Source: Malacoraja senta (Eukaryota). Taken from it: 64,000 nucleotides of DNA. Positions within the stretch are counted from its first letter, which is position 1; the number at the start of each line of letters is the position of its first letter. Below the pieces are notes generated by a model. That model saw only the letters and a list, made by a program, of their open reading frames with translations. It did not search any database and had not been told where the DNA came from. Positions 13,116 to 25,664 of the stretch are shown here, one piece after another. The DNA lies in NCBI GenBank assembly GCA_038087875.1, contig CM075993.1:8062001-8126000 (forward strand), written 5' to 3'. The translations under genes and the position numbers were made by a program.

Positions 13116-13143
13116 CTGAAGAAGGGTCTCGACCCGAAACGTC
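13116..13143 (+). ncRNA. Minimal hammerhead ribozyme motif (representative)
   Basis: CUGAAGA-A-GGGU(CUCG)ACCC-GAAAC-GUC; an identical motif lies at 15901-15928. Confidence 0.7.
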
Positions 13144-14220
13144 ACCCATCCCTTCTCTCCAGAGATGCTGCCTGTCCCGCTGAGTTACTCCAGCTTTTTG
13201 TGTCCACATATTCAAGGATGAGAAGTTGGCATAAATGGATGTCCCAAAGATATGAATGCACTGATCCATCTGATAGATTTGAATAGTAGATTGGTGATGA
13301 CAAAACAGCACCTGGAGTACTTTGGAAGAGCAGATGAACCTGAGTTGAGGATAGACACAAAAAGCTGGAGTAACTCAGCGGGACAGGCAGCGTCTCTATA
13401 CAGATATTGGACTGCAGGAGAATGGCCCAGAACAAGGATTGACCAGGTGTGTCAATGTTAGATGGACATAGGCAGATGGATGGCTGATATGATTTGGAAC
13501 TTAGCTATAAATACAAACAAAATTGAAAAGAGAGAAATAAAACAGGACAAGATGGGAAGAAGTATAAATAGATAAGGTGTAGGAATGAACTGCAGATGAA
13601 AATAGACACAAAATGCTTGAGTAACTCAGTGGGACAGGCAGCATCTGTATGTGGTGACTATTTGCTTACCTTGGGTATGCAAAACAAGGAATTTCACTGT
13701 GACTTGTCACATGTGACAATAAAGCATTCATTCTCTCTGAAGAAAAGGAATTGGTGACTTTTTGGGTCGAAACCCTTCTTAAGACTGATTTTGGAAATTG
13801 GCTGTTTTCTAAAGAAAAGGGGTAAAAAACTCGGCGTATGGGTGCAAATGATGCCCGCATCTACTGCAATCGAAGTACAGCAAGGGGCTGTCTCGCTGTA
13901 CAAATCACACCTCCCTCTCTATCAGATCTGTGGTGGTTTCCAAAGGATATCCTCTGTCATCTCATTGTTTCCCATTCAAATATGCTTGTTACCACACATG
14001 CCTTTGCAGATGGTTATCACACATTCCCTGAGCAACCCAGAGATTGAGCGTAAGATGTTGGCTAATTTACCAGAATAACGTTGGAAGCTTGGCCAGTAGA
14101 TCTCGGGACAACAATTTTAGTCCCAAGATGGCAGGGAAATTTAAATAAAAATGCATAGAATACACAACTAGGATCAGTAATGGTGACTGCGAAACTACTG
14201 GTTTGTTTTAGAAACCCTTC

Positions 14221-14612
14221 TAGTTTAGTTTAGAGATACAGTGTGGAAACGGGCCCTTCTGCCCATCGAGTCCGTGCTGACCCCGCAATCACCCGTAAGT
14301 GAGTAAGTAAGTTTATTGGCCAAGTATTCACATACAAGGAATTTGCCTTGGTGCTCCGCCCACAAGTAACAACATGACATACAGTGACAGTAACGAATGA
14401 CTCAGAAAACACTAAACATGCACACTAGGGACAGTTTTACCGAAGCCAAATAACCTACAAGCCTGCACGTCTTTGGAGTGTGGGAGGAAACTGGAGCACC
14501 CGGAGAAAACCCATGAGGACTCGGGGAGAACGAACATGCAGACAGCACCCGTAGTCGGGATCGAACCTGGGGCTCTGGCGCTGTGAGGCAGCAACTCTAC
14601 CGCTGCGCTGCC
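14221..14612 (-). mobile_element. V-SINE interrupted by a Rex1-type 3' tail (~14297-14417)
   Basis: SINE halves flank a segment matching the tails at 23217-23356 and 52540-52625. Confidence 0.8.
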
Positions 14613-15307
14613 ATCTGCTAGTGTTTTGGGGAAGAGAATCCATTGTTACCCAGCTGAGAAAGGCCTCCAGCTCTCTAATATTATGGGGAGAGGTGTGGAT
14701 ACATTCACTGAAGCAATTTCCACATGAACAACTTTAATACCCTCCCTAATCACATATATCTATCTGCCTTCATCACCTGTAGACCTGGCTTTTTGAACAA
14801 ACCTCTCTTGGCATCTCTCCGCTGCCTAGGATCCAGTGTTTCTACATCAGCCTTACAGCACAGGCAAACGTGATGTGAAATTAAATGTAGGAAAATGGGG
14901 ACACAATTAAAGGAGGCTGCAGTAACTAAATGGATGCTAAATTATAAATCATGTCAAATACCAAACTGAGGGACTCCTGCCTCCACACGACGAAATGATG
15001 AAACAGTAGCAACATTGCAAAAGATTATTACAAAAGCTTCCTCAGAATGAGAATGCAAATATCAACATTATGCAGCAAAATCCACAGTACTGGGGGAACT
15101 CAGCAAGTCAGGCAGCATCAGTGGAGGGGTTGGACAGGGGACATTTTGGTTCCCTCTTCCTACTGATTGGAATCTGAAGAAGGGTCCTGACCCGAAATAT
15201 TGTCTGCACATTCTCTCCACGGATGCTGCCTGATCTGCTGAGTTCCTCCAGCATTTTGTTTATATTGCTCCAGATTCCAGCACCTGCAGTTTCTTGTCTC
15301 AACATTA

Positions 15308-15704
15308 AGGATGAGAGGGGATCTCATTGAAACATATAAGGTTGTTAAGGGCTTGGACAAGCTAGAGGCAGGAAGCATGTTCCCGATGTTGGGGGAGTCC
15401 AGAACCAGGGGCCACAGTTTAAGAATAAGGGGTAAGCCATTTGGAACGGAGACAAGGAAACACTTTTTCTCACGGAGAGTGGTGAGTCTGTGGAATTCTC
15501 TGCCTCAGGTTCTCTGGAGGCAGGTTCCCTGGATGCTTTCAAGAGAGAGCTAGATAGGGCTCTTAAAAACAGCGGAGTCAAGGGGATATGGGGAGAAGGC
15601 AGGAACGGGGTACTGATTGGGGACGATCAGCCATGATCACATTGAATGGCGGTGCTGGCTCGAAGGGCCGAATGACCTACTCCTCACCTATTGTCTATTG
15701 TCTA
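15308..15704 (+). mobile_element. CR1 LINE 3' fragment
   Basis: MRGDLIETYK..RTRGHSLRI..WNSLP; CCTATTGTCTATTGTCT tail. Confidence 0.93.
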
Positions 15705-16069
15705 ACATTATGCCTGCTGGGGCTCTTCCATGGACATAGACGACCTGACAGGTGTGTCAAATTGTGTTCCAATAGGGTGACACTAAAAAGGTTCCAGTCG
15801 CAGTTGAACCCACAACAAGGCGGTGGAAATGCACGATAGATACCAACATCAAGTCATGACGAGGAAAAGAAGGTGTAACTCAATGGTTCAATATTGAAGT
15901 CTGAAGAAGGGTCTCGACCCGAAACGTCACCCATTCCTTCTCTCTGGAGTTGCAACCTGTCCCTCTAAGTTACTCCAGCATTTTGTGTCTATCGATGGTC
16001 CGTATGCAGACATGATTTGAAGCATGCAAAGACAGGCTTGGTGCATTAATAAGGGAGAAGGAAAGAGTA

Positions 16070-16350
16070 GGTTAGTTTTAGTTTAGTTTAGAGATACATA
16101 CACTAGTCCACGCCGACCCATTCACTAGTTTTATGTTATCACCGTTTCACATCCAACACACATGGGGCAATTTACAGAGGCCAATTAACCTACAAACCTG
16201 CACGTCTTTGGAGTGTGGGAGAAAAACAGAGCACCCAGAAGAAGCCCACATGTTCACAGGGAGAATGTACAACCTCCATACAGACATCGACCGAGGTCAG
16301 GATCGAACCCGGGTCACTCTGGCATTGTGAGGCAGCAACTATACCGCCCT
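16070..16350 (-). mobile_element. V-SINE (HE1-like)
   Basis: Same head, core and tail as other copies. Confidence 0.8.
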
Positions 16351-16814
16351 TACAGAGCTAACGGAGGGGGGGAAATCTGCAACAGTACAGACACCATCAA
16401 AAGTGGATGACTTCAATAGCTTTTTCTGTATTGTGGGTTGTGTATAGTTCTATCCATCGTGGAGATGCAAGGGGTTATGAAAGCGCTGGTGACATTCTGT
16501 GAGCTTTTGGTGTATATTTTTGAGGGGACACAATCTGGGTTGCATGAGACAATTCCCACATTAGTTTAGTGGGAATTGGATCGCAGGAGTAGATCCCTCA
16601 TGGAGTCATTCAGCACAGGAACAGGCCCTTCGGCCCAACGTTTAAATGTTATCGTATCTGCCTCAACTACCACGTGTAGGAAGGAACTGCAAATGCTGGT
16701 TTGAACCGTAGACGCAAAATGCTGGAGTAACTCAGCAGGACAGGCAGCTTCTTTGGAGAGGGAATGGGTGACTTTTTGGGTCGAGATCCTTTTTCAGTCT
16801 GAGTCTCCTTTATA

Positions 16815-17550
16815 GCACCGCCATTCAATATGATCATGACTGATCATCCAGAATCAGTACCCCGTTCCTGCTTTTTCCCCCATATCCCTTGATTCCGTTA
16901 GCCCTAAGAGCTAAATCTAACTCTCTCTTGAAAACATCTAGTGAATTGGCCTCCACTGCCTTCTGTGGCAGAGAATTCCACAGATTCACAACTCTCTGGG
17001 TGAAAGCGTTTTTCCTCATCGCTTACCCCTTATTCTTAAACTGTGACCCCTGGTTCTGAACTCCCCCAACATGGGGAACATTTTTCCTGCATCGGGCCTG
17101 TCCAATCCCATAAGAATTGTATATGTTTTTATAAGATCGCCTCTCATCCTTCTAAATTCCAGTGAATACAAGCCCAGTTGACCCATTCTTTCAACACAAT
17201 ACAGTCCCGCCATCCCGGGAATTAACCTCGTGAACCTACGCTGCACTCCCTCAATAGCAAGAATGTCTTTCCTCAAATTAGGAGACCAAAACTGCATACA
17301 ATATTCTAGGTGTGATCTCACCAGGGCTCTGTACAACTGCAGTAGGACCTCCTTGCTCCTGTACTCAAATCCTCTCGCTATGAAGGCCAACATGCCATTA
17401 GCTTTCTTCACTGCCTGCTGTACCAGCATGCTTACTTTCAGTGACTGATGTACACGCACACCCAGGTCTCGTTGCACCTCACCTTCTCCTAATCTGTCAC
17501 CATTCAGATAATAATCTGCCTTCTTGTTCTTGCCATCAAAGTGGATAATC
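16815..17550 (-). mobile_element. CR1 LINE 3' fragment
   Basis: QRDLGV, KKANGMLAFI, LYRALVRSHLEYC, RRMRGDLI. Confidence 0.95.
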
Positions 17551-17844
17551 TCTTGTGGCCCAGCAATAAATGCAGGTCCTGCCAGCAATGGAATTTAAAA
17601 AAAGGTATCTGTGCGGTTACCTTAAAATGACACAAAAGACAATATTGTCTTGGGGCAAGGCTCACTTAATACTCAGGGAATTCTGAGTAATCATTGCACA
17701 TTCATAATTGACATTAGGCAGGATATCATGGTATAAAGAAACTGCCACTTAAAATTTCAGTCTCGGTCTAACAGTGCAGCAGTACACTGCATTTCTCATT
17801 AGAGCAAAATACCTGTGGAAAGAATGTTTTTGTGACATGCCTAA

Positions 17845-18174
17845 TAGCCCTGTCCCACGGTACGAGTTCATTCCAAGAGCTCTCCCGAGTTTTAAAAAAA
17901 TCAAACTCGTGGTAAGCACGGAGAATGAACGTAGCGGGTACGTCGGAGCTCGGTGACGTCTCTTAGCGGCTCGTAACGCTAACGGCAGGTACTCGGGAAG
18001 ACTCGCTAACGGCAGGTAAGCTTGGGAAGACTCGTGACGATTTTTCAACATGTTGAAAAATGTCCACGAGAGCCCCGAGTACCGACGAGCGGCCATTACC
18101 GTAAATCTCCGAGTTCGAATCAGGGCAAACTCGGGAGATATCTTGGAATGAACTCGTACCGTGGGACAGGGGTG
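17845..18174. mobile_element. PIF/Harbinger-type MITE, family A copy 2
   Basis: TIRs and interior nearly identical to 1598-1925. Confidence 0.87.
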
Positions 18175-18285
18175 TTAAACTAAAACACATTGCTCTCCCA
18201 ATGTTGCCCATAGTGTGAATCTTTTTTGTAGAAAACAAGGAACTGCAGATGCTGATTTACAAAAATGGACACAAAATGCTGGAGT

Positions 18286-18707
18286 TGCAGCGGCACCTAG
18301 TGGTGGGGTGGGGAGGTCAGAACCCTCGTCATTGGTTGGCTCGGTCACGTGATCGCGGGGGTTCGCTCGCGGGCTTTTTAATTGGTCCGTCAGCGCTCCT
18401 CCCAGCAACAGGAGCTGTTTTTGTTCGCTAAGCCAGACACGTGAATTGCACGAGTTTTCGTTCTGTTTTTATTATTAATAAAAATTACTTCACTCAACCT
18501 GTCCGGTCTCGCTTCAGAGTAGAGAGACAAGACTTTTGCCTTCCATCACAGTGAGGAGGTGTTTGGAGACTCACTGCGATGGATGTTTATGTAAATTGTG
18601 TTAATTGTGCGTCTTAGTTTTTTTTGTTGATGTTATGACTGCAGGAACTAAATTTCGTACGAACCATGTCTGTTTGTCTGACAATAAATGGTATTCTATT
18701 CTATTCT
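18286..18707 (+). mobile_element. Non-coding retroposon with Rex1-type tail, inserted in a Penelope mini-element
   Basis: Splits GCTGGAGT/AGTAACTCAGC; ends TGACAATAAA..(TATTC)n. Confidence 0.6.
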
Positions 18708-18880
18708 AGTAACTCAGCGGGTCAGGCAGCATCTCTAGGGAACAGGGTTAAGTGACGTTTTGGGTCGGGACCCTTGTTCAGACTGATTGTGGGGGGGTGG
18801 GGGGGTGGAAGAAAGCTGGGAGGGAGGAGGGGCAGGACAAAGCATGGCAGGTGATAGGTGAACACAGTCGAGTGGGGGGT

Positions 18881-19080
18881 NNNNNNNNNNNNNNNNNNNN
18901 NNNNNNNNNNNNNNNNNNNNNNNNNNNNNNNNNNNNNNNNNNNNNNNNNNNNNNNNNNNNNNNNNNNNNNNNNNNNNNNNNNNNNNNNNNNNNNNNNNNN
19001 NNNNNNNNNNNNNNNNNNNNNNNNNNNNNNNNNNNNNNNNNNNNNNNNNNNNNNNNNNNNNNNNNNNNNNNNNNNNNNNN
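18881..19080. other. Assembly gap (200 N)
   Basis: Run of N. Confidence 1.
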
Positions 19081-19784
19081 CCGGTTGCCTATTTCCTTGG
19101 CTCCATAGATGCTGCTGCACCCGCTGAGTTTCTCCAGCACTTTTTTTTCAACCCCATTCATGAATGACCTGTGTGCAGAGACCTTCCATGTCTCACTGGA
19201 CTCTTGTGTGAGGTCATTAGCATCTGTTTCACAGCAACTCTGCGAAAAAGACAGAGTAATTTCCACAATGGTAAGACACAGGAAGTAAAGCAACAAAGAT
19301 AAGTCAACGTTTATGTTCTTCATTTACTCTGGGGGGGAAATAAACTCCGATAGAAAATAGTTCTGGATTTTTTTTAAATTTGGCTGTCAAATCCTATCTG
19401 GCAAAACATGAGGGAGGTGGAGGGGGGGGGGGGGTTGGTGGTGGGAGCAGAAAGCACCAGTCACCAGAGAAAATAAATACCAGTGAACGTGACTGCAGAG
19501 AAAGCTAAAGAAACAGAGTGAAGCTGATTATAGGAAGCAATCAACGCTGATAAGAGAATTCAGAGAAAGAAAGCAGAACTGTCTGCATCCATCAATTTGT
19601 TTCTGATGTGTGGGTAGCAGATTATCAATGCTTTGATCAAATCAGTGCATGTGTATTAAACCGTGCGAAGGAGGGTCTCGACCCTATTCCTTTTCTTCAG
19701 AGCCGCTGCCTGACCCGCTGAGTTACTCCAGTTTTTTGTGTCGATCTTCACGTGGGCTTACCATTAAATATTTTCTTGGTTGTG

Positions 19785-20420
19785 ATCGATGTCGGCGTCC
19801 CATTCTTATGATGGCAGTGCTTGGAGCAACGGGCAGTGCGAGCTGCAGGGATTCAATCTCTAACCTTGCCGGAGATGCGATTGTTTTCCGGATCGTATCT
19901 CCGGTCGCTCTGCGGCCTAACATCATGGAGCTGGAGGCCTTGCTCGGGGATGACTTGGAGCCCCGCCGCGGGGCGTGGACTTACCATCGGAGCCGATTCC
20001 CTGCCTGGGGTCGACGCTCCAACTGCGGACTTTAACATCAAGGAGCACTCAGCCCCGGGAGAGACCGAGTCGGGAAGCTCCAAAACCGCACGACGTTCGG
20101 CAAGCCCCGACCCGGGGCCCGATCGCCCGGCGCGGGGATCTGACATCCCCCCGATGCAGGAGCTTGATCGCCCCGACGAGGAGGCCTGCCGCTGTCTACG
20201 GGGGTCAAGATCGTCCCGTCAACGGAAGGCCCGGGGCCCTCGAGAACAAAGAAGGGAAGAGATTGAACTTTTTTTCACCAGTGAGGAATGTGGAGGAGTC
20301 ACTGTGGTGGATGTTTATGTTCAAATGTATTTTGTGTAGGAATGTTTTTATTAGTATGACTGTATGGCAAATCAAATTCCTCGTATGTTGCAAAACATAC
20401 TTGGCTAATAAAATGAGTGT
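19785..20420 (+). mobile_element. GC-rich non-coding retroposon with Rex1-type tail
   Basis: CpG-rich body, hairpin, then CAAATTCCTCGTATG..TACTTGGCTAATAAA tail similar to the Rex1 tail at 52580-52620. Confidence 0.55.
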
Positions 20421-20614
20421 GAGCTCAGTGCTCCTTGAACGCAAGAGTTTGCTCAGCTGTAAATAAACTCAGCCCCCGCCCTCCCCTCCTGTCCTGTGGG
20501 AGATGATGACTCCTCTTCAGCCACTGCACCCATGGGTTATAGCCAGCCTTGGTGGCCATCATACACACCCACGCATTGACATAGAACACTGCTGCAAAGC
20601 ACACGGACAACAGC

Positions 20615-21210
20615 ATGAACATTCAACCTTCCAATTCTATATCACTAGCCCTCCCACAGCCCCTCTTCCTCGCCTCCCCCCCCCCCCCCCTCCTCACCTG
20701 GACTCCCACCTATTCCTCCCCTCCCTCCCCCCGGCCACTTCCCTCCCACTGGCTTCGCAGCTCACAATATTCAATGTGTCGGAAAGAACTGCAGCTCCTG
20801 GTTTAAACCGAAGATGGACACAAAATGCTGGAGTATCGCCACGGGTCAGGCAGCGTCTCTGGAGAGAAGGAATGAACAGGAAGTCGGAAGAAGGGTCTCG
20901 ATCCGAAACGTCACCCATTCCTTCTCTCCAGAGTCCCGCTGAGTTACTCCAGCATCTTGTGTCCCTCTTCGCAATATTCAATCCCGCCTCACATCTTCTG
21001 TGTTTATCTCTGGCCGTTGTTCCAGCCATCTGTCTATCATACGCCTGCATCCACATATTAGCTGCCAGGCTTTGTTCTGCCTCTCCTCTCTTCCAGCTTT
21101 CTTCACACTCAGTCTGAAGAAGGGCTTCGACCTGAATCGTCACCTATCCACGTTCTCCGGAGATGCTGCCTGACCCGCTGAGTTACTCCGGCACTTTGTG
21201 CTTTTTTAGC
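20615..21210 (+). mobile_element. Penelope-like 3' region with nested mini-element
   Basis: GCATGAACATTCA..TTC matches the ORF end (GMNIDFS); pyrimidine-rich 3' region and hammerhead-like module. Confidence 0.65.
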
Positions 21211-21754
21211 CGCAATCCTCAACCTTGTTTGCATGCCCACCTCCCAACAGGTCTGGTTGGCGGTTCATGTTTCATGCTGTTTCCCCCTTCTCCCCTGTTT
21301 CTGCTAGAAGCCACTGTGGTGTGACCACTGAGGTCACCCCGCTTGGCATCAAAACTCCTCCTCATCTCTGCAGCCAGTGCCGTTTCAGTGAATGGATCAG
21401 TCCTGATGTCGACATGATTGGGGGGGGGGGGGGTGCCGCGGAATCCTGGTGGTCGGGCCGAGGAGGGGGCGCACCGCAGAGAACCAAGAGGGACCCAACG
21501 AGGGGGGGAGGGGGAGGGGGGGGGGCGGTTGGCCACCAAGAACAAACAGGGACCAACATGACACTAATGAGTACTTTTGTACTTTGTCGACGCCAGCAAC
21601 CAGGCGACTCTTTGTGTACTTGGGTATTGCATGTCTCAAAGAATGTCACTGAACCTCGGTACGTGTGACAATAAAGTATTATAAAGTGTCATTGATTCAT
21701 TGAACTTTATAATTAAGTGTCATTGAATCATTCCACTTTAAGCTCATGCATAGA

Positions 21755-22170
21755 AACCTAGCATCTCCCCCTCCCATCAGGCAGGAGGTATAGAAGTGTG
21801 AAAACGCACACCTCCACATTCAGGCGTTTCTTCCCAGCTGTTATCAGGCAACTGAACCATCCTCTCATCGACTAGAGAGCTACCATCTATCTCATTGGAG
21901 ACCCTCGGACTATCTTTAATTGGACTTTACTGGACTTTAGCTTGCACTAAATGTCATTCCCTTTATCCTCGATCTGTACACTGTGGACAGCCTGACTGTA
22001 ATCATGTAGACAAAAGTGCTGGACAAACTCAGCGAGTGCGGCAGCATCTATGGAGCGAAGGAAATAGGCAACGTTTCGGGCCGAAACCCTTCTTCATGTA
22101 TAATCTTTCCACTGACTGGATCGCACGCAACAAAAAATGTTTTTCACTGTACCTCGGTGTGGCAATAAAC
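21755..22170 (+). mobile_element. Rex1/Babar LINE 3' end with nested Penelope mini-element (22009-22093)
   Basis: PLPSGRRYRSVK..FFPAVIR motif; nested insert flanked by TCATGTA repeat. Confidence 0.75.
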
Positions 22171-22865
22171 TAAAATCTAATGGCTGAAGGGTCTCGAACC
22201 GAAACGTCTCCCATTCCTTCTCTCCAGAGATGCTGCCTGTCCTGCTGAGTTACTCCAGTATTTTGTGTCTAGCTTTAAACCAGCATCTGCAGCTCTTTCA
22301 TGCACAACTAAAATCTAATCATAGTTGAACATTTGAGCAGTGCACTGATGTAGGCAGGCTGGGCTCAGTTACAGTAATTTGCTCGACGTACACTCAAAAA
22401 GTGCCCCTGCCCGCAGCCCTCAAATACCCACCGGATACACGGATAGGACAGGGTTGGGAGGGATATGGACCAAATGCGGGCAGATGGGACTAGTGTAGAT
22501 GGGACATGTTGGCCTGTGTGGGCAAGTTGGGCCGAAGGGCCTGTTTCCACGCTGCATCACTCTATGACTCTGGGCCACAAAGCGAGGTAAAGAGTACACC
22601 ATAGGAACAAATGGCGCAGTCACGGCAGCACCCATCACCCACACCTCAGACATCTGCAGAGACCATGAAAAGGCCACTTGATCCTGGCCTTCCTCAATAT
22701 TGACAGCGCTGTCGTCTGGCAATGATCCCTCAAAATCATTCCAGCGCCCAGACCTCAAATGCAGCTGTTGGCAGGTCATTCCTGCTGCTAATTATCCTCA
22801 ACATTGAGGAATACTTCCTCAACCCTTCCCAAATATATTTCTCACAATCTTGTTACAACCTTAAG

Positions 22866-23390
22866 GACGGCAGGATGGCACAACGGTAGAGTCGCTACCT
22901 TACGGTGCCAGGGACCCTGGTTCGATCCTGACTACGGGTGCTGTCTGCACAGAGTTTGTACGTTCTCCCTGTGGCCTGCGTGGGTTTTCTCCGGGTGCTC
23001 CGGTTTCCTCCCACACTCAAAAGACGTACAGGTTTGTATGTTAATGTACAAAAAGCTGGAGTTACTCCAGCGTTTTGTGTTTATCTTCGGTTTAAACCAG
23101 CATCTCCAGTTCCTTCCAACATGTTTGTATGTTAATTGGCTTTGTAAAAATTGTAAATTGTCTTTAGTGTGTGCAGGATAGTGTTAGTGTGCGGGGATCG
23201 CTGGTCGACGTGGACTTTGTTTTATTATTATTAATGTTTAGTGTTTTCTGAGTCATTCGTAACTGTCACTGTATGTCATGTTGTTACTTGAGGGCGGAGC
23301 ACCAAGGCAAATTCCTTGTATGTGAATACTTGGCTAATAAACTTATTTACTTACTTGTTTCGCACTATATCTCTAAACTAAACTAAACTA
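22866..23390 (+). mobile_element. V-SINE with two nested insertions
   Basis: Penelope mini fold-back 23046-23122 (14-bp TSD GTTTGTATGTTAAT) and Rex1-type tail ~23217-23356. Confidence 0.85.
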
Positions 23391-23935
23391 GGCTCAGTAT
23401 TGGGTATGCACGCATTGAGTTTTTGCCTTTACTGCGGAACATTTTAAAGTTTAGCTTATCGAATCATTATTTTGTTTAAGATCAGCTCTCCGTCGCTGTC
23501 TCTAGCTTTAATTTCAGTGCATCTCAATTGAATGAGGAAAGTGCTTACTAAACCAGCCTGGCACGGATTCAGCGCTGAGAATGCCATCCGTCACCCTTCC
23601 CCCGCCACTGCCCAATCTCACTGCCCTGTTTCTATTTACGGGAAGATGTCACCAACCACAATGTCCTTTGAAACCATGGCAATTAAAAATACGGAGACGT
23701 AAGGGAGTGCAGATGCTGGGATTTTATGCAGAAGTAAACAAACTGCTGGACCAACTCAACGTGGAGACTGCGCAATCCAACATGTTCAAGCTGGAAAAAC
23801 ACAGCTTAGCAACAAAACAACATTTGTCCCCTCCCTCTCCCTCTCCCCCTCCCTCTACATTCCTTCTTTTAGCTGCACTATTCTCAACTCTTCAATCCTT
23901 TTGTCTCACAGGTTGTGTCTATTCAACTCTGGGCT

Positions 23936-24062
23936 GGGGTGGGAGATTGCAACCTTCACTGTTTCGACGAATGCAATCAACCCGGCGTGCACAATCAAGT
24001 AAGATCAAATAGAACAAGTTGTCCTACAACTTTAGGCTGTGCACGCCATACACAAGAAGAAG
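23936..24062 (+). mobile_element. Short (AAG)n-tailed retroposon with HDV-like ribozyme head, 11-nt internal deletion
   Basis: 11-bp TSD AACTCTGGGCT (23925-23935, 24063-24073); homologous to 60985-61125. Confidence 0.88.
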
Positions 24063-24294
24063 AACTCTGGGCTTTGTCCAACCATCTGCCGTAACCCATC
24101 AAAAAACCCTCCTTACCTGCCTCTTACCTGCCAGGCTTTGTCCTGCCCCATCTCATTTCCTGCTGTCTTCACCCTTCCCCCCTAAAATCAGTGAAGAAGG
24201 ACCCTGACTCGAAACGTCGCCTATATTTGTTCTCCAGATGCTGCTTGATCCGCTGAGTTACTCCAGCAATCTTTGTCTTTATTTTGGAGGCATA

Positions 24295-24905
24295 CGGATG
24301 GGAAACAGGCCCTTCGGCCCACCAAATCCGCGCCGACCAGCAATCACCCGCACACTAGTTCTATCCCACACACGAGGGACAATTTACAGAAGCCAATTAA
24401 CCTGCAAGCCTGCACGTCTTTGGGATATGGGAGGAAACTGGAGCACCCGGATAAAACCCACGCGTTTATGGGGAGAACGTACAAACTCCCTACAGACAGC
24501 ACCCATAGTCAGGAACGAACTCAGGTCTCACAATAGACAATAGACAATAGGTGCAGGAGTAGAAACATAGAAACATAGAAAATAGGTGCAGGAGTAGGCC
24601 ATTTGGCCCTTCGAGCCTGCACCGCCATTCAATAAGATCATCCAACTCAGTATCCTGTACCTGCCTTCTCTCCATACCCCCTGATCCCTTTAGCCACAAG
24701 GGCCACATCTAACTCCCTCTTAAATATAGCCAATGAACTGGCCTCAACTACCTTCTGTGGCAGAGAATTCCAGAGATTGACCACTCTCTGTGTGAAACAT
24801 GTTTTTCTCATCTCGGTCCTAAAAGATTTCCCCTTTATCCTTAAACTGTGACCCATTCGGCCCTTCGAGCTCCTGCTCTGAAAGGCAGCAACTCTACCAC
24901 TGTGC
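24295..24905 (-). mobile_element. V-SINE interrupted by nested CR1 3' fragments (~24533-24870)
   Basis: SINE resumes at AAGGCAGCAACTCTACC after CR1 RVVNLWNSLPQ segment; two CR1 tail types are stacked. Confidence 0.8.
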
Positions 24906-25186
24906 CAAACCAAATTCATCACTATAAACTGGAGTGTAATGGTAGAGGTAAAATCGGGGTAGAAACTGATGGGTTTATACAAAGAGTAAAGTGGGAATAG
25001 TGCAGGCTTAGTGTAAATGTTTGCTTTGATGGTCAGTGCAGACTCAGTGGGCAGAAGGACCCGATTCCGTGCTGTATGAAGCTGTAACAGAGGTAGTAAC
25101 CTGAGGTAGCATTATAGATTCCAGAATGTTGTATTCCGCCATTCTGCCGAAGAGATAAAGAAAACAACTTTTCTTTGCAAAATTTC

Positions 25187-25475
25187 AGTTTAGCTTAGAG
25201 GTACAGCGCGGATTCAGGCCCTTCAGCCCACCGAATTTGTGACGACCAGCGATCACCCCGAACACTATTCTACACACTAGGGGTAATTTATCATTTTTAC
25301 CAAAGCCAAGTTAACCTACAGACCTGTACGTCTTTGGAGTGTGAAACCAGAAGAAACCGGAGTACCTACGTGGTCACAGGGAGAATATACAAACTCCGTG
25401 CAGACAACACCCTTAGTCAGAATCGAACCTGGGTCACTGGTGCTGTAAGGCAGAAACCCTACTGTTACGCCCCCA
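25187..25475 (-). mobile_element. V-SINE (HE1-like)
   Basis: Family similarity to other copies. Confidence 0.8.
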
Positions 25476-25664
25476 AATGTTCAGACAAAATGTGCCATTC
25501 GCCCACAGAGGGCCTCCAGGACACTGCGGTCCACAATCAGCAGCCTGCAGGTCTCATCGTTTAAATCCGCTCCCTCTGCCCAATACATTACACACAAGGT
25601 GCAACTCCTCATCACCTGCTCTGAGCCTAGATCCCTGCTGCCCGATACCTACTGAACCTTGGAT

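Noticed and set aside
18722..19323. ORFs spanning N runs (also 58712-59260)
   Set aside because: Artefacts of assembly gaps
19649..20466. Overlapping 128-172 aa ORFs (similarly 44189-44800)
   Set aside because: GC-rich repeat bodies with no recognisable protein motifs
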